In this document: positions 10,163 to 21,600 of the stretch, in pieces
Numbering within the stretch: the stretch's first letter is position 1
Layout: each line of letters begins with the position of its first letter
Origin: Rhizaria sp. SCN 62-66
Lineage: Eukaryota
DNA length: 44,588 nt
NCBI GenBank assembly: GCA_001724265.1
Contig: MEDY01000157.1
Coordinates: 62,001 to 106,588 of the forward strand
Reading direction: 5' to 3'
Translations under genes and position numbers: made by a program
The notes under the pieces: generated by a model
Seen by the model: the letters and a program-made list of their open reading frames with translations, nothing else
What the model was told of the DNA's origin: nothing
The model's database searches: none

Positions 10163-13100
10163 TTACTTCTGTTGCAGCGAATTTTGCATCTGTTGCGCCA
10201 TCATCTCAGCATCCTTGGCAGTACAATGCGCCTGAATCACACCCCAGTACTCCGCATTCTCGTGATACGGAGGTGGCATTAAGACGTAATCGATACCGAA
10301 CTGCCACCGCAGTGCGAGACGCTCCATCAGCACCTGCGACACGAAGTTAAGCTGCCCGTCCACATTCGCACCGCCAACAGTGCTCGCAGCAATACTCGCT
10401 GCAGAGCTGGGACTCGTACAGGGAGTGCAAGCGGCCTCGCTGGCGGGGTTGTTGAGGGTGTCCGATCGAGCAACCAGCGTGGTCACCTTAGGCGTGAACG
10501 CGGCAGATCGAGGGGATAAGCTCGAGAGGCTCTGCAACGCCGTGGTGTTGGGGGTCAATGGGGGCTGCTTAGCTTCCCGCGCCACGTTATCACCAGAATC
10601 GCTATGCGCTGCACTCGCGAAGCCGCTTGCGCCGTGCGTGCTAGAGTTGCTGTTGCAAGGTGTGTTGCTTCCAGTCCCAGGCGCAGTTGTGACAGTCACG
10701 CTCACGTTGCAACGGCTGCCTTTCGGCACATTCCCCGTCGTGTTCCTGTCACCGTCAGTGACCGCGAGCACTGAGCCCATTTCGCGGTCGTGCACAGAGT
10801 CAATGTCGCTCATCGTCATCGCTGCTTGCAGCGGCTGCTGCGGCGCCAGTTCATAGGCCTCGCGCAAGTCGCGGACAACGTTGTTGTGCACATCCTGGAG
10901 CACAAGAAACGAGCGCTGCATGTCGGCGCGCATCTTGGCCCAGCCTTCAACGCGCACGCTCTTGGCGACGTTGAGGTCGTTGCTGCTGGCGTTGACAATG
11001 ATCAGCGGCGGGTTCGGCGTGCGCGGGTGCACGTCGACACTTACACTCGACCGCGGGACTAAGTACCCCGGCAGAGCAGCTGTGCTCGCGCTCTTGAGGT
11101 TACTAGTGCCGGGGACGTGGGTACCCGCGAGCGATGCAAGCGGAGGCGGGCGAATGGCGTGCACACTGGGGGCGAAGTACGTGTCTGAGTGGAAGTAACG
11201 GAAAAAGCGCAGCAGCAGTGTCTCCATCGGGAAAAGCATCTCAGCAAGATCATGCGGCGACGGGATCTGCACAGGAACGGAAGAAGCTTCGGCACTCGCA
11301 GTCGCGACGCTGTCTGCAGTGGCGGGCTGCGTCTGCGCCTTGGCTTCATTCTCGCTGTCATTGATGCACTGGACACCCGCAATCTCAGCAGCAGCAGCGG
11401 CGGCAGCAGCAGCAACGGAGGCAGCATCAGCATCAGCAGTCATCGGCGTATCTGATGCAAGGGGCTGAGGTTTCGGTGACTTGATGTTGAGCCGATCAAG
11501 CAGCGGCGTCATCATCGAGCGCTGGCCGTGTAGAGAGTTGCCGATGCTGCTATCGTCGCTGCTGTTCTTGCTCGCATGGATGCCATCCTTGTTCTTGCCC
11601 TTGTTCGCAGACTTGAGACCGTTGCTCAAAACTAAGCCGCCGTCCTCACCGTCACTGTCAGCATAGTAGTCTTCATCGTCCTCATCATCGTCATCATCGT
11701 CACTGCTATTCTTGCCGCGATTGCGGCCATTAACGCCACCATCATCATCGCCATCACTATCCAGATCATCGTTACTCCCGCGGGTATTCGCCGCCTTGCG
11801 AATGCTGCTGTTGTTCACAGAAAACCTCTGCTGAGCTGCACCACGTGTGTTGGCGCCGGCGGGCGTGTGGTGGCTGTTGAAACTTGAACTTGGACTCGGC
11901 CTTGGGGGCGCAAACGACGGCAAACTCGAGCTGTTGCCAGCGCTATTCTTGTTCACAAGATGCGGCACCGACTGCGACGCCGTGGGAATGCACAGCGACA
12001 GCCGGGCACTGCGCCGCACGCCGCTGGCGCTCACACCGCCTGCTAAGATACTCGCATCCTGCGTCGTGTTATCCATATCTGTGATGCTATTGTCGTTGAC
12101 GCTCGCGTTTGCGCTCTCGCGCTGGCGTTTTAGCGGCGTTATCATGTACGTCTGTTCACCGCCAGTAGTTGCGTTCACGTCGTTGTTGTTGTTGCTGTTG
12201 CTGCTGTTGTTGTTAGCGGCGATTATAATAGAGCGAGAACGCGAACGGGTTACTGAGCCCGGCACCAGCAACGGCAACACAGACCCATTGCCCGCACTGC
12301 TGCTGTTGCTGTTGTGGCTGAGCACTGATGAGACAGAAGCCGACGCAGTCGGGAGTTGCGGCAACGGCAGAGGCAAAGTCACATCGGCATCGTCGTTGTT
12401 CTTACGACCAGCAGGCGTCGTCGCGGTCTGGCTTTGCGACAGCGAGATCTGGCTGAGTGACAGCACAGCTTGGCTGACCGAGCGCGTCACGCGCACGGGC
12501 TTGAGCGGCGTGACAAGCGAGGCCAAGCTTGACGAAACATCGATGATGTTGCTCGCGTCAATAGCGTTGCCCGCACTGTTGCTCGCGGTATTGATCGGGG
12601 TCTTGGCCGTGGCTTTCTGACTGCGCTTGCTGTCATTATCGTCGTCATCATCATTCATTACCGGCTTGTTTGCAGCCTTGACCTCAGCTTTGTCGTTGTC
12701 ATAACTCGCCGCCTTAGCATTGTTATGAGTCGCAGTTTTGGAGCTCGCGTTAGCAGCGGTGCTTGCGCTCAAGCCAAAGCTTGACTCGACGGCGAGAAAA
12801 TGCGCCACCAACATCGCATAGCCAAACGAGTTGAGCGTGCCGTCATACGCGGAGTTGTTGCCGTGCATGCGCGCCCAGTGCTTGATCAGAATCACCAGCG
12901 GCCGCAGCCGCGGGTCCCGGGCAACGAGCGCGCGCAAATACTCGGCGTTGGTGAAGGCGCATGGGTCGGCGGGCGAGAGGTCCACGGCTTGCTCGCCGCA
13001 AAACATGTTGTTGGCAGCAGGCGCGGCGTCGAGAGAGGGCGCGAGATAGGGCAGGAGGTACTTGAGCTTGCTGCGGTCGGGGATTGGAGACACGTTTTGC

Positions 13101-15019
13101 AAGTCCTCGTATTTCCGGAAGAAACGCATAAGGTAGGAGACGACTGCCATGCTCGCGGAGACAAAGCTAGACCCCTCTGCAACAAGCTGCTTCTTGGGGT
13201 CAATCGCGATCTCAGGGATCGGACCGAACGCAAGCTCGATAGCTGTTTTCGCGTCCTGCTCAATCCAGTCTTCGTTCTGCGTTCCTGTTTCAGTCTCTTC
13301 AGTGTAATCCGGGTTGGTGTTGGTGGCCGTGCCCCAGCGGCGCCAGGCCCGCTCTGCGCCGACGCCGCTCCTCAGCACGGCCTGCTGCTCGGGCCCCAGC
13401 TGGCGCGGCACCAAGACGCCCAGGTCGGCGTCCGATCCCGCCATGGCGAGCCCCGCGGCGAGCGAACCGTAGGGCCGCGCGCTCGCCTGCGGGTGCCAAG
13501 CGCGCAGCGCGCGCGTGGGCCGCCCGGCCGCGGCCCAGAGCAGACGCGACTGGTGCGGCGACAGCAGCAGGCGCGAGAGCAGGCCCAGCGCGGGGGAGAA
13601 GGCGAACGGGCCGGGGCAGGGAAACGACGTGATCGTGGGGTCTTTAAGGGCAGACGGAGATCCACCGTTGCCGCTGCGTCTGCTATCGCTCTTGCCCTGC
13701 GCCTGTGTCGTTGCTACAGGGAACGCCGTAAGCGTGCGTAGCTGCGCGAGCGCTTGGTAGTTAATGAATGGCTCTTGGTAACGACTTGATGTGCTCAGGT
13801 TGCTGAATGCACTTAGAGCATGGCTATCTGTGCTTAGATTGATTCTAAACTGACTGGCACCGTCGCTGGCGTCAGTGTAAGCGCCCTAAGAGTACTGGCC
13901 GCCATACATGCCATCAACGAACAAGCCTTGCCCTTGCTGCTGCAGCAGCAGCTGCTGTTGCTGGTCCTGATGCTGATTCTGTTGCTGCAGCTGCCACTCT
14001 GCGAGAGGCGGAAACTTTTGGGGATCGTTGTAGGGATGAACCGCGTTGTTGTTACCGACTCCGCGACCCTTGTTGTTGTTGCCCCGGCCACCCTTTTGCT
14101 GCTGTCTAGTCGGCGCCTGACGAAACGTCTGCTGCTGCTGTTGCTGCTGGCTCTGCTGCTGAGGCTGCAGTTGGCCCGGCATGAACGGCCGAGAGCTCGC
14201 GTTGATATTGCTGTTGTTGGTAGCGCTGTTGTTTTGTGCGCGACTACGAGTGCGTTGGTTGCCGTTCCAGGGGCCGTGGCCGCCGGGCGCCGCGAAGTGG
14301 GCATGGCCGCCGCCGCCGTGGTTGCGGCCGGTGGTGGCGCTAAACGTCATCAGTGCTGGCTGCGACTGTGAGTGCGGCAGCGCTTGCGCGTCCGGTGCAG
14401 GCGGCTGACTGAACAGCAGTGGCGCCTGCTGCTGGTGGTGGTGCCACGGCAGCGGCTGAGGCTGCTGGTACTGCTGCTGCGGGTACTGCTGCTGATACTG
14501 CTGCTGCCGAGGATGGCCGTTGCTGTTATCGCTGTAGAACGGAGTCACGGGGACTGACGCATCGGTCCGACTCGCGACGCCGTCAGTCGGGCCGCTCAGA
14601 CTGGTTACCATTCCGCCCGCGTCCACGGGCGTGGTGGCCGCGGAGGCCGGGGCAGAAGCGGAGAAGTGACCATGGGCGTAGGGGGCGCCGGCGACAAACT
14701 GCTGCTGCTGGGGATAGTAGTGCGGCTGCTGCTGTTGATACTGCTGGTGCTGGGGCGGATACGCGTACTGCTGCGGCTGATTGAACTGAAAGTCGCCTAT
14801 ATTGTGCCCGGGAGGAGCAATTGTGTGACTGAACCCACCACCAGACGCGTAATCCCGTGGGTGTTGGTGCTGCATTTGCTGCTGCTGCCGCTGGTTGTTG
14901 TATCCTCTGCCGCTAGCACCACTACCGGCAGTGTTGCCCGCATTCGCACCACTGCCGCTCCCATTCCCTGGATAAGGCGCGTGTGGCGGGCGCTGTTGCG
15001 AGTTTCCTTTTGGGGGCAT
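10163..15019 (-). CDS. Non-canonical poly(A) polymerase / terminal nucleotidyltransferase (Cid1/GLD-2/mtPAP superfamily), ~1,618 aa, intronless; internal in-frame TAG at 13886-13888
   Basis: ORFs 13886-15019 and 10163-13444 share a frame, and the 147 codons between them are open. Pol-beta NTase motif PYGSLAAGLAMAGSDADL, third Asp in QAVDLS, RPLVILIKHWARMHGNNSAYDGTLNSFGYAMLVAHFL, and PAP-associated LLLRFFRYF...LIIVNASSNDLNVAKSV. Q/N/G/P/Y-rich N-terminus. Stop TAA. Confidence 0.85.
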
Positions 15020-15613
15020 TGTGCGCGCAGAATAAGCAATGCCTACTCACGGGGCAATGCGCAATATCCGCGGAGTAACAGATTCAATACGCACAAGGGA
15101 GGAGAAAAAACTGTGCAGTAGGACCGAGAGCAGCGTTTGAGGAGCGGAAGATAAATATGATTGGCGTGAGACATTTTGATCGTCAAGAGCACTGATATAA
15201 GAGCCATGGTTACAAATGTACACATAAAATATAGCTCGAATGTAGGCGTTTAAATATGCTGAGTTATGTACGTGCTAGCCTTCCTTGAAGTCCCGCACCT
15301 GCAGAGCAAGTTTGCCGTTGCTCCGATGCAGCAAAGAGTGAGTGACTGTGATCACGAGGTAAACACACACATTTTCAGCAGAATATATTGATCTATCAAC
15401 ACATCTGCATATGAAAACAATGCGAGAGTGTTATACATAAATTCAAACGTGTGTATATAGATAATTTAGTCGTGTCGCCCTCGCGGCTATGCGCTGGCAC
15501 TCAGTTTTGTTAACATAAAATCAATTCTGCATCATAACTTATCAGTCGTATCTTGTTCATCGAACCTTCACAAGCACAGCAAATCACCTGCATCAGAAGA
15601 CATCCGTCATTCT

Positions 15614-18600
15614 TTACCGGCGGCGGCCACCCTTGCCACCCTTGCCCTTCCCCTTGCCCTTGTGGTTGTTGTTGTTGTGCTGGCTACTGTTACTGTTACC
15701 TTTGCTCTTTTCAGGCTCAGGTTCAGGCGTAATCGCAGGCACGTCCGCGTTGTTGTTGCCGTTACTTTCGGCGGCATTGTCGTCGTTATCGTTGTCGTAG
15801 TCTAGCTTCTTCGCAACGCTGCGGCTCTGGCTCAGACTCAAGCTCTTGCTGCCCGCCTGGCTCTGGCTCTGGTCCATTGAGCCGCTCTGACTGCCGAAGT
15901 TGAAGCTGCGCTGGTTCTGGCTGTCAGGCGACTGGTTCCCGCTCTGACTGTTGCTGTTGCTGGTCGCGTTATTGCCGATCTCGTCGTCGTAGAACGAGCC
16001 CATCAGGTTGTTGAACGAGTCGACGCTGGCCGAGCCCACAGTCGTCGCCGCAGTACTCGCGCTCTCGGTCACAGTCGCTGCAGCACCCGCGACAGGAGCA
16101 GAGCCGTTGTCGTTAGCAACCACAGAGCTGCTCGAAGTGCTCACGTCGCTGCCGTCGTTTGCAGGAGCCAGAGCCGCAGAAGCGAACTTGACGCTCTTCG
16201 AGGCGGAGTTGGCAGCCGCTGCCACCTTAGGGGTGGCGGCAGGAGTGGCAGCCTTGGTAGTGGCAGCCTCGGCCACCTCACCTTCAGCGGGCGCGGCTGT
16301 AGCAGCGGCAGCGACAGGGACAGGAGTCGCCGCATCGGTGGCGTCCGCGTCGTTCTCGTCGTTGGTCTCACCCGCCACGCTCTTGCTAAGGGTGGGGGCC
16401 ACTATCGACGGCGGCACAAGGCCCAGCGGGAGAGGCTCCTCGTTGACGTTGTCCACATCACCCGCAGCATCACTCTCGTTGCTGTCACCGTGCTCAGTGT
16501 TGTTGTTGTTGTCACCCTCGACGACCTTGCCCTCAGTCTCGGCCTCGGCCTCGGCGGCAGCGGCCTCCGCATCGGCCACGGCGCCCACAGAGTGCGTGAG
16601 CGAGTGAGCCAGGGAGTGCGACAGCGCCTCGGCCGCGTGCGCCGACTGCGACAGCGCCAGCGACTGCTGCTGCAACGTCGACACGACCTCCTCCCAGTCG
16701 CTGGAGCCCGACTTAGCATTGTTGTTTGTCGCAGTGCTCGCGGAGAGGCTGTCCGTGTCGCCTTCGCTGCTGTTGCCATTCTTGCCGTCGTCGGCATTCG
16801 CAGTGCCGGTCTCATCATCGCCGTCATCGCTGTCGTTGTCGAGGCTGTGCTGCAGCTTGCCAGCAGCAACGGCCACGCCGCTCGCGTTGCCGTCGCCGCG
16901 GCTTCTCGCCTCGTCCGCGCGGCTCGAGGTGCTGAAACTCAGACTGCTCGCCAGAGCGTGGGTGCCGTTGCTGGCGGTGAGGCTGTGGCTACGGCTGCGG
17001 CTTCGGCTGCGGCTGTCGCCGCGCCACGGCGACAGCGCCTCGACAGCGGCCACGGCCTCGGCACGGCCGCTGGCGCTCAGGCGGCCGACGCTGCCGAAGC
17101 GGCTGCCGCTGCCGGCCGCAGCGCCGTAGACCGCGGTCGCGCCGGGGCCAGTGCTCCCGGTGAGGAGGTCGACGGCGGTTGTGTTCTCGTCGTCGCCCTC
17201 GCCCTCGCCGTGCTGCTGCTGCTTCTGCTGCTGCTGGGCGAGTGCGGCGGCGCTGGAGCGCAGGCGGGAGCGCGAGCGAGAGGACTCGCCCAAAGCCGCA
17301 GCCGCGCCGGGGGTGTCAGATACGGTGACGGCGGGGGCGAGGAGAGACGCGACCGCGGTGGTGTTCTCGCCGTCGTCGGCGGCGGCACTGCTCTTGCTGG
17401 CCTTGCTGTTGTTGCGGGCGTTGGCGGCGGCAGCAGCAGCGGCGGCGGCGCGCTTGATGCCCGCGACCGCGGCGGCCGTGGCGGCGACGGTGTCATCGTC
17501 GTCGCCGTCGTCGCCGAAGCGCCGCACCTCGCCGCCCTTGCCACCCGCCCGCTCGTCGCCCTGCGGCGCGGCGCCGGCGTCGCTCGCGCTCGCGGTGGCG
17601 CCGTTATCCGCGGCGCCAGCGTTGTTCGCGCCGGCGTTGTGGTCGCCATTGGAGTCGCTGGCCTTGAACGTGCCCTCCATCTGCTCCGCGTACGCCACGA
17701 GCCGGACCACAGGCCGCGCCGCGGGCGTCGCCGCCGCCACGGCCGCCGCGAGCGTCGTCGGCGTCGTCGTCGCAGAGTCAATACTAGCGCTCGCACCGGC
17801 GCCCGCGCTCGCGTGGGTGCTGCTGCGGTGAGTGGCGTTGGACGGGGTGGCGTAGACGCTGCCGCTAAGGTTGTTGCTGCTGCTGCTGTCGATGCTGTCG
17901 CTGCCGGCGGTGTGCGTGGCCGAGCCGGGGGTGGCCGCCACTGTCGCAGCAACGTTCGTGCCCGCGCTAGCGTTCTGCTGGGCGGGCGTGGCAGTGCCAG
18001 TCTGGTAGCTCAGGTGACTGACAGGAGACGTGATGTTGCTGTTGCCGGACTTGGAAGCAGACCCCTTAGACGCGGAGCCCTTAGACTTGGTGCCCTTAGA
18101 TGCAGGCGTGGCGGTCTGCGAGCTGAAAGCGGTCTCATCAGGGGCGATCAGCGTCGTGTTCTCGTCGTCGTCATCGGCGTTAATCACTGCAATGGCGCCA
18201 GTCGCCGTCTCAGCGTCGCCACTCTTGCCGTCCTTCACAGCACTAGCGCCCTGGTTGCTCGCGCCGCCCGCCTTCTCTGGTGTGCCGGTGGCCGAGTTGG
18301 CGCCGGAGCCCGCGGACGCAGTGTCCTCAGCCTCGCCCTCGCTGCCGCTGCCGGCGCTGCCGCTGGCGCCCTCGGTGGGGACGAAGAACCACTTGGTCTC
18401 GCCCACGCCGCGTGCCAGCCCCGCCGTCGGGGACGCGGGGCCCGCGGGCGTGGCCGCCTTGGACGGGCGCTTGCTGGCCTTGGACTTGGCGGAGGTCTCA
18501 GCGGCGCCGGCGCTGTTGGCCTGGTTGGAGATGGCGTCGGAGTTGGCATCGGAGTCGGACTCGGAGGCGGAGTCGGTGACAGTGAGAGTGGCCGGGGCGG

Positions 18601-21600
18601 CAGCGGGCGAGCTGGCGCCGGCCTTGTCAGCGGCGGCGTTGTCAGCGGCGGCGTTCGCGGTGCTGTTTGGGGCGAAGGGCGAGTAGAACGAAGAGCTGGA
18701 GTTCTTCACAGTGCTGCTTGCACTGCTGCTGCTCTTGCTCTTGTTGGTGGGCGTAGAGGGCTGCGGCAGAGTGAGGTCGTCATCGCTGGCAGGGAAGGCG
18801 CTGGGGCCACCCTTCGTAGGACCGGCGCCGTCCTCCTCCTCAGCCTCCTCAGTCTGCGCCTGCTGCTTCGCCTTAGCCTCTGCAGCAGCAGCAGCAGCGG
18901 CGGCGGCCTCAGCTTCGGCAGCAGCCTTAGCATCGGCCTCGGCCTTCGCTTTAGCGGCCGCGGCCTCCTCCTCAGCCTTGATACGGGCAGCCTCAGCCTC
19001 CGCAGCAGCCTTCGCCTCAGCATCAGCCTTCGTCTTAGCATCAGCAGCAGCCTTGGCTTCGGCCTCAGCACGCGCTGCCTCAGCCTCAGCTGCAGCCTTG
19101 GCGTCGGCCTCAGCCTTGAGGCGAGCAGCCTCAGCGGCAGCCTCCTCTTCGGCCTTCTTGATACGAACAGCCTCGGCCTCGGCCTCAGCAGCAGCCTTGG
19201 CGGCAGCGGCGGCAGCCTCCTCGGCAGCCTTGCGCTCAGCAGCGGTTCGCACGGCCTCAGCAGCAGCCTCCTCCTCAGCCTTGGCTTTGGCATCTGCCTC
19301 TGCCTTGGCCTTAGCCTCAGCAGAGGCCTGTGCCTCAGCCTTCTTGGCAGCCTCAGCAGCAGTCTTGGCCTTGGCAGCAGCCTCATCGTCGGCCTTAGCC
19401 TTGGCAGCAGCCTCGGTTTCGGCTTCGGCCTTGGCCTCCGCATCAGCAGCAGCCTTAGCAGCAGCCTCAAAAGCAGCATTGGCAGCAGCCGCCTCAGCAG
19501 CGGCGGCCTCGGCGGCGGCGGCCTCGGCGGCGGCGGCCTTGGCGGCGGCGGCAGCCTCGGCAGCAGCCTCAGCGGCGGCAGCAGCCTCGGCAGCAGCCTC
19601 AGCGGCGGCAGCAGCCTCGGCGGCGGCAGCAGCCTCCGCCTCGTCGTCGCCCTCGACCTGCACATGGGGCAGCGTGGCGGCGACAATGCTGGCGTCGTCC
19701 GCGAACAGCAGCAACGCGCTCATCAGCAGCGGCTGCGCCAAAGGGCGCAAGCCCTTGGACTTGCCCGACTTGTGCGACTCGGTCTCAGTCTCGGTCTCGG
19801 TGATCGTGGCGCGACTGCTGTGGCTGCCGAGGGTCCCGTGGCTGCCGTGGTCTGGCAGCACCGTGACCGTGGGCGCGGGCACGGGGGTCGGCAGGTCGTC
19901 GTCGTCCGCTGCCGCCACGCGGGTGCCGTTAGTGCCCATACTGCTGTTGTTGTAGAAGTAAGGCAGCGTCGACGCCAGCAGCTCCGACTGCGCGGTCGTG
20001 TTGAACGACTCCGTCACAGACTGCTTCTGCTCCAACTCGGTGTCAGCGTCGCTGGCGACAGCGACGGTCGCGTCGTCGTCGTTGCCAACCTCATCGTCGC
20101 TGCTGTGCGTCGAGTCCGTGGTCACGACGTCTCTATGGCCCTTAGACTTGCCACCGTTAGCCTTAGACTTCGCCGAGGAGCGGCCGCTCTTGCCCTTACC
20201 GGAACCCTTCTTGCTGCCCTTAGACTTGGGCTTAGCAGTCTCTCCACTAACAGCAACGGTCTCGGACTCAGCCTCGACCGCATTGGGCTCAGGCGCAGCG
20301 AGTGCAACCGCAGCAGCGTCAGCAGACTCAGCCTCGGCGGCCGCAAACTCGGCCTCAGACTCGGACTCGTTCTCGGCATCGGCGCCAGCCTCGGCCTCGG
20401 TAGCCTTGCCCTTGCCCTTGCCCTTCTTGCCCTTGCCCTTCTTGCCCTTCGCGCTGGAGCTGCGACTACGGCTCTTGTTCTTGCCCTTGCCCCGCGCGCT
20501 CTCCGCGCTGGGCACAGCCTCGGCCTCGGCCGCAACAGCGCTGGCTTCGGTCGCGGCGCCGGCGTCCTGCGTCTTGGTCTTGCTGTTGCTGCGACTCGTG
20601 CTGCTGGCGAGCGCGCTGAGGTCGCGGCGGCTCGGCGACCGCCCGCGGGCCTTGCCACTCTTGCTCGGGGCCTCGGCGTCAACGTCAGACTCGTCGGTCG
20701 CGTTCGCGCCCGTGTTTGCACCCGCGGCATTGCCACTGTCGATGGGGGCGACCGGCGTGACCGGCGCGACGGGAGAGCGGATGCTCGAGTGTGGCGACGG
20801 CAGGCGCGGCTCGAAGCGGCGCTTGTGGCTCATCAAACTCTTGTTCCCCACGACGCCGCTGCCCGTGGCCTTGCCCTTGTTCTTTGCCTCGGCGTTCTCG
20901 GCAGCAGCGGCGGCGGCGGCAGCGGCAGCGGCCTCGGCCTCGGCGTCGCCCTCGGAGCCAGCGACATCGTTGTCGTTGTCGCTCTCACTCTCCTCTTCAG
21001 CGGCGTCGCCCGCAGCGGCAGCAGCAGCAGAGGCGGCCTTGGCACCCTTGCGCTTGGCGCTGCCGCTGCGCCGACGGCTCCCGCTGCGGGCGCGCGCGCC
21101 GCCCCTCTTGCCGCCGCGCTTGCCGCCCTTGCCGTGGGCCGGCTTCAGCAGCTTCGCCGTGTCGACCGGCACAGGCGCGTGCATCGCCTCCCAGACCGTG
21201 ACGCCGCGCTTGAACCGCTCCTCATCCTCGCGGCGGCGTTTCTCGCGCTCGAAGATGTCCACGTCCTCATCCCCGGGCTGCTCGCCCTCGGGCGCGTCCT
21301 CACCGAAGAGCCGCACTAGCGCGCGTACAGCCGCCAGGTCCTCCGACGTCGCCTTGCGCACGCGCGGGCCCGTGGGCGAGAGCGCCTCCGAGGCGTCGAT
21401 GCGGCCCTCGGCCGCCAGGTGCGCCATCAGCAGCTCGATCGCCCGAGCCTGTGATAGAGAAAAAAAAAAGAGAGGCAATATCGCGATTTGATGAGCGTAG
21501 TTCGGTTTAAAAAATATACAGAATATATAACAATACCAAATATCCGTTATTGTCAGAGGTTAATCCATTAAATTCGTTGGGCATGTCAAACAGCTTGCTG

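Noticed and set aside
15540-15613. GGTTCGA (T-loop-like) on the minus strand, a possible suppressor tRNA
   Set aside because: No acceptor, D or anticodon stems could be formed; it lies in the 3' flank of the giant gene.
18860-19640. Resemblance to bacterial TolA
   Set aside because: Compositional A/E/K similarity only, inside an intron-containing eukaryotic gene.
16490-21319. 1,609-aa ORF on the + strand, and other long antisense ORFs such as 22163-23902 and 18711-19955
   Set aside because: These are shadows of the GC3-biased, Ala/Ser/Glu-rich minus-strand gene. They start at non-ATG codons and translate to G/L/R/S-rich sequence with no motifs.
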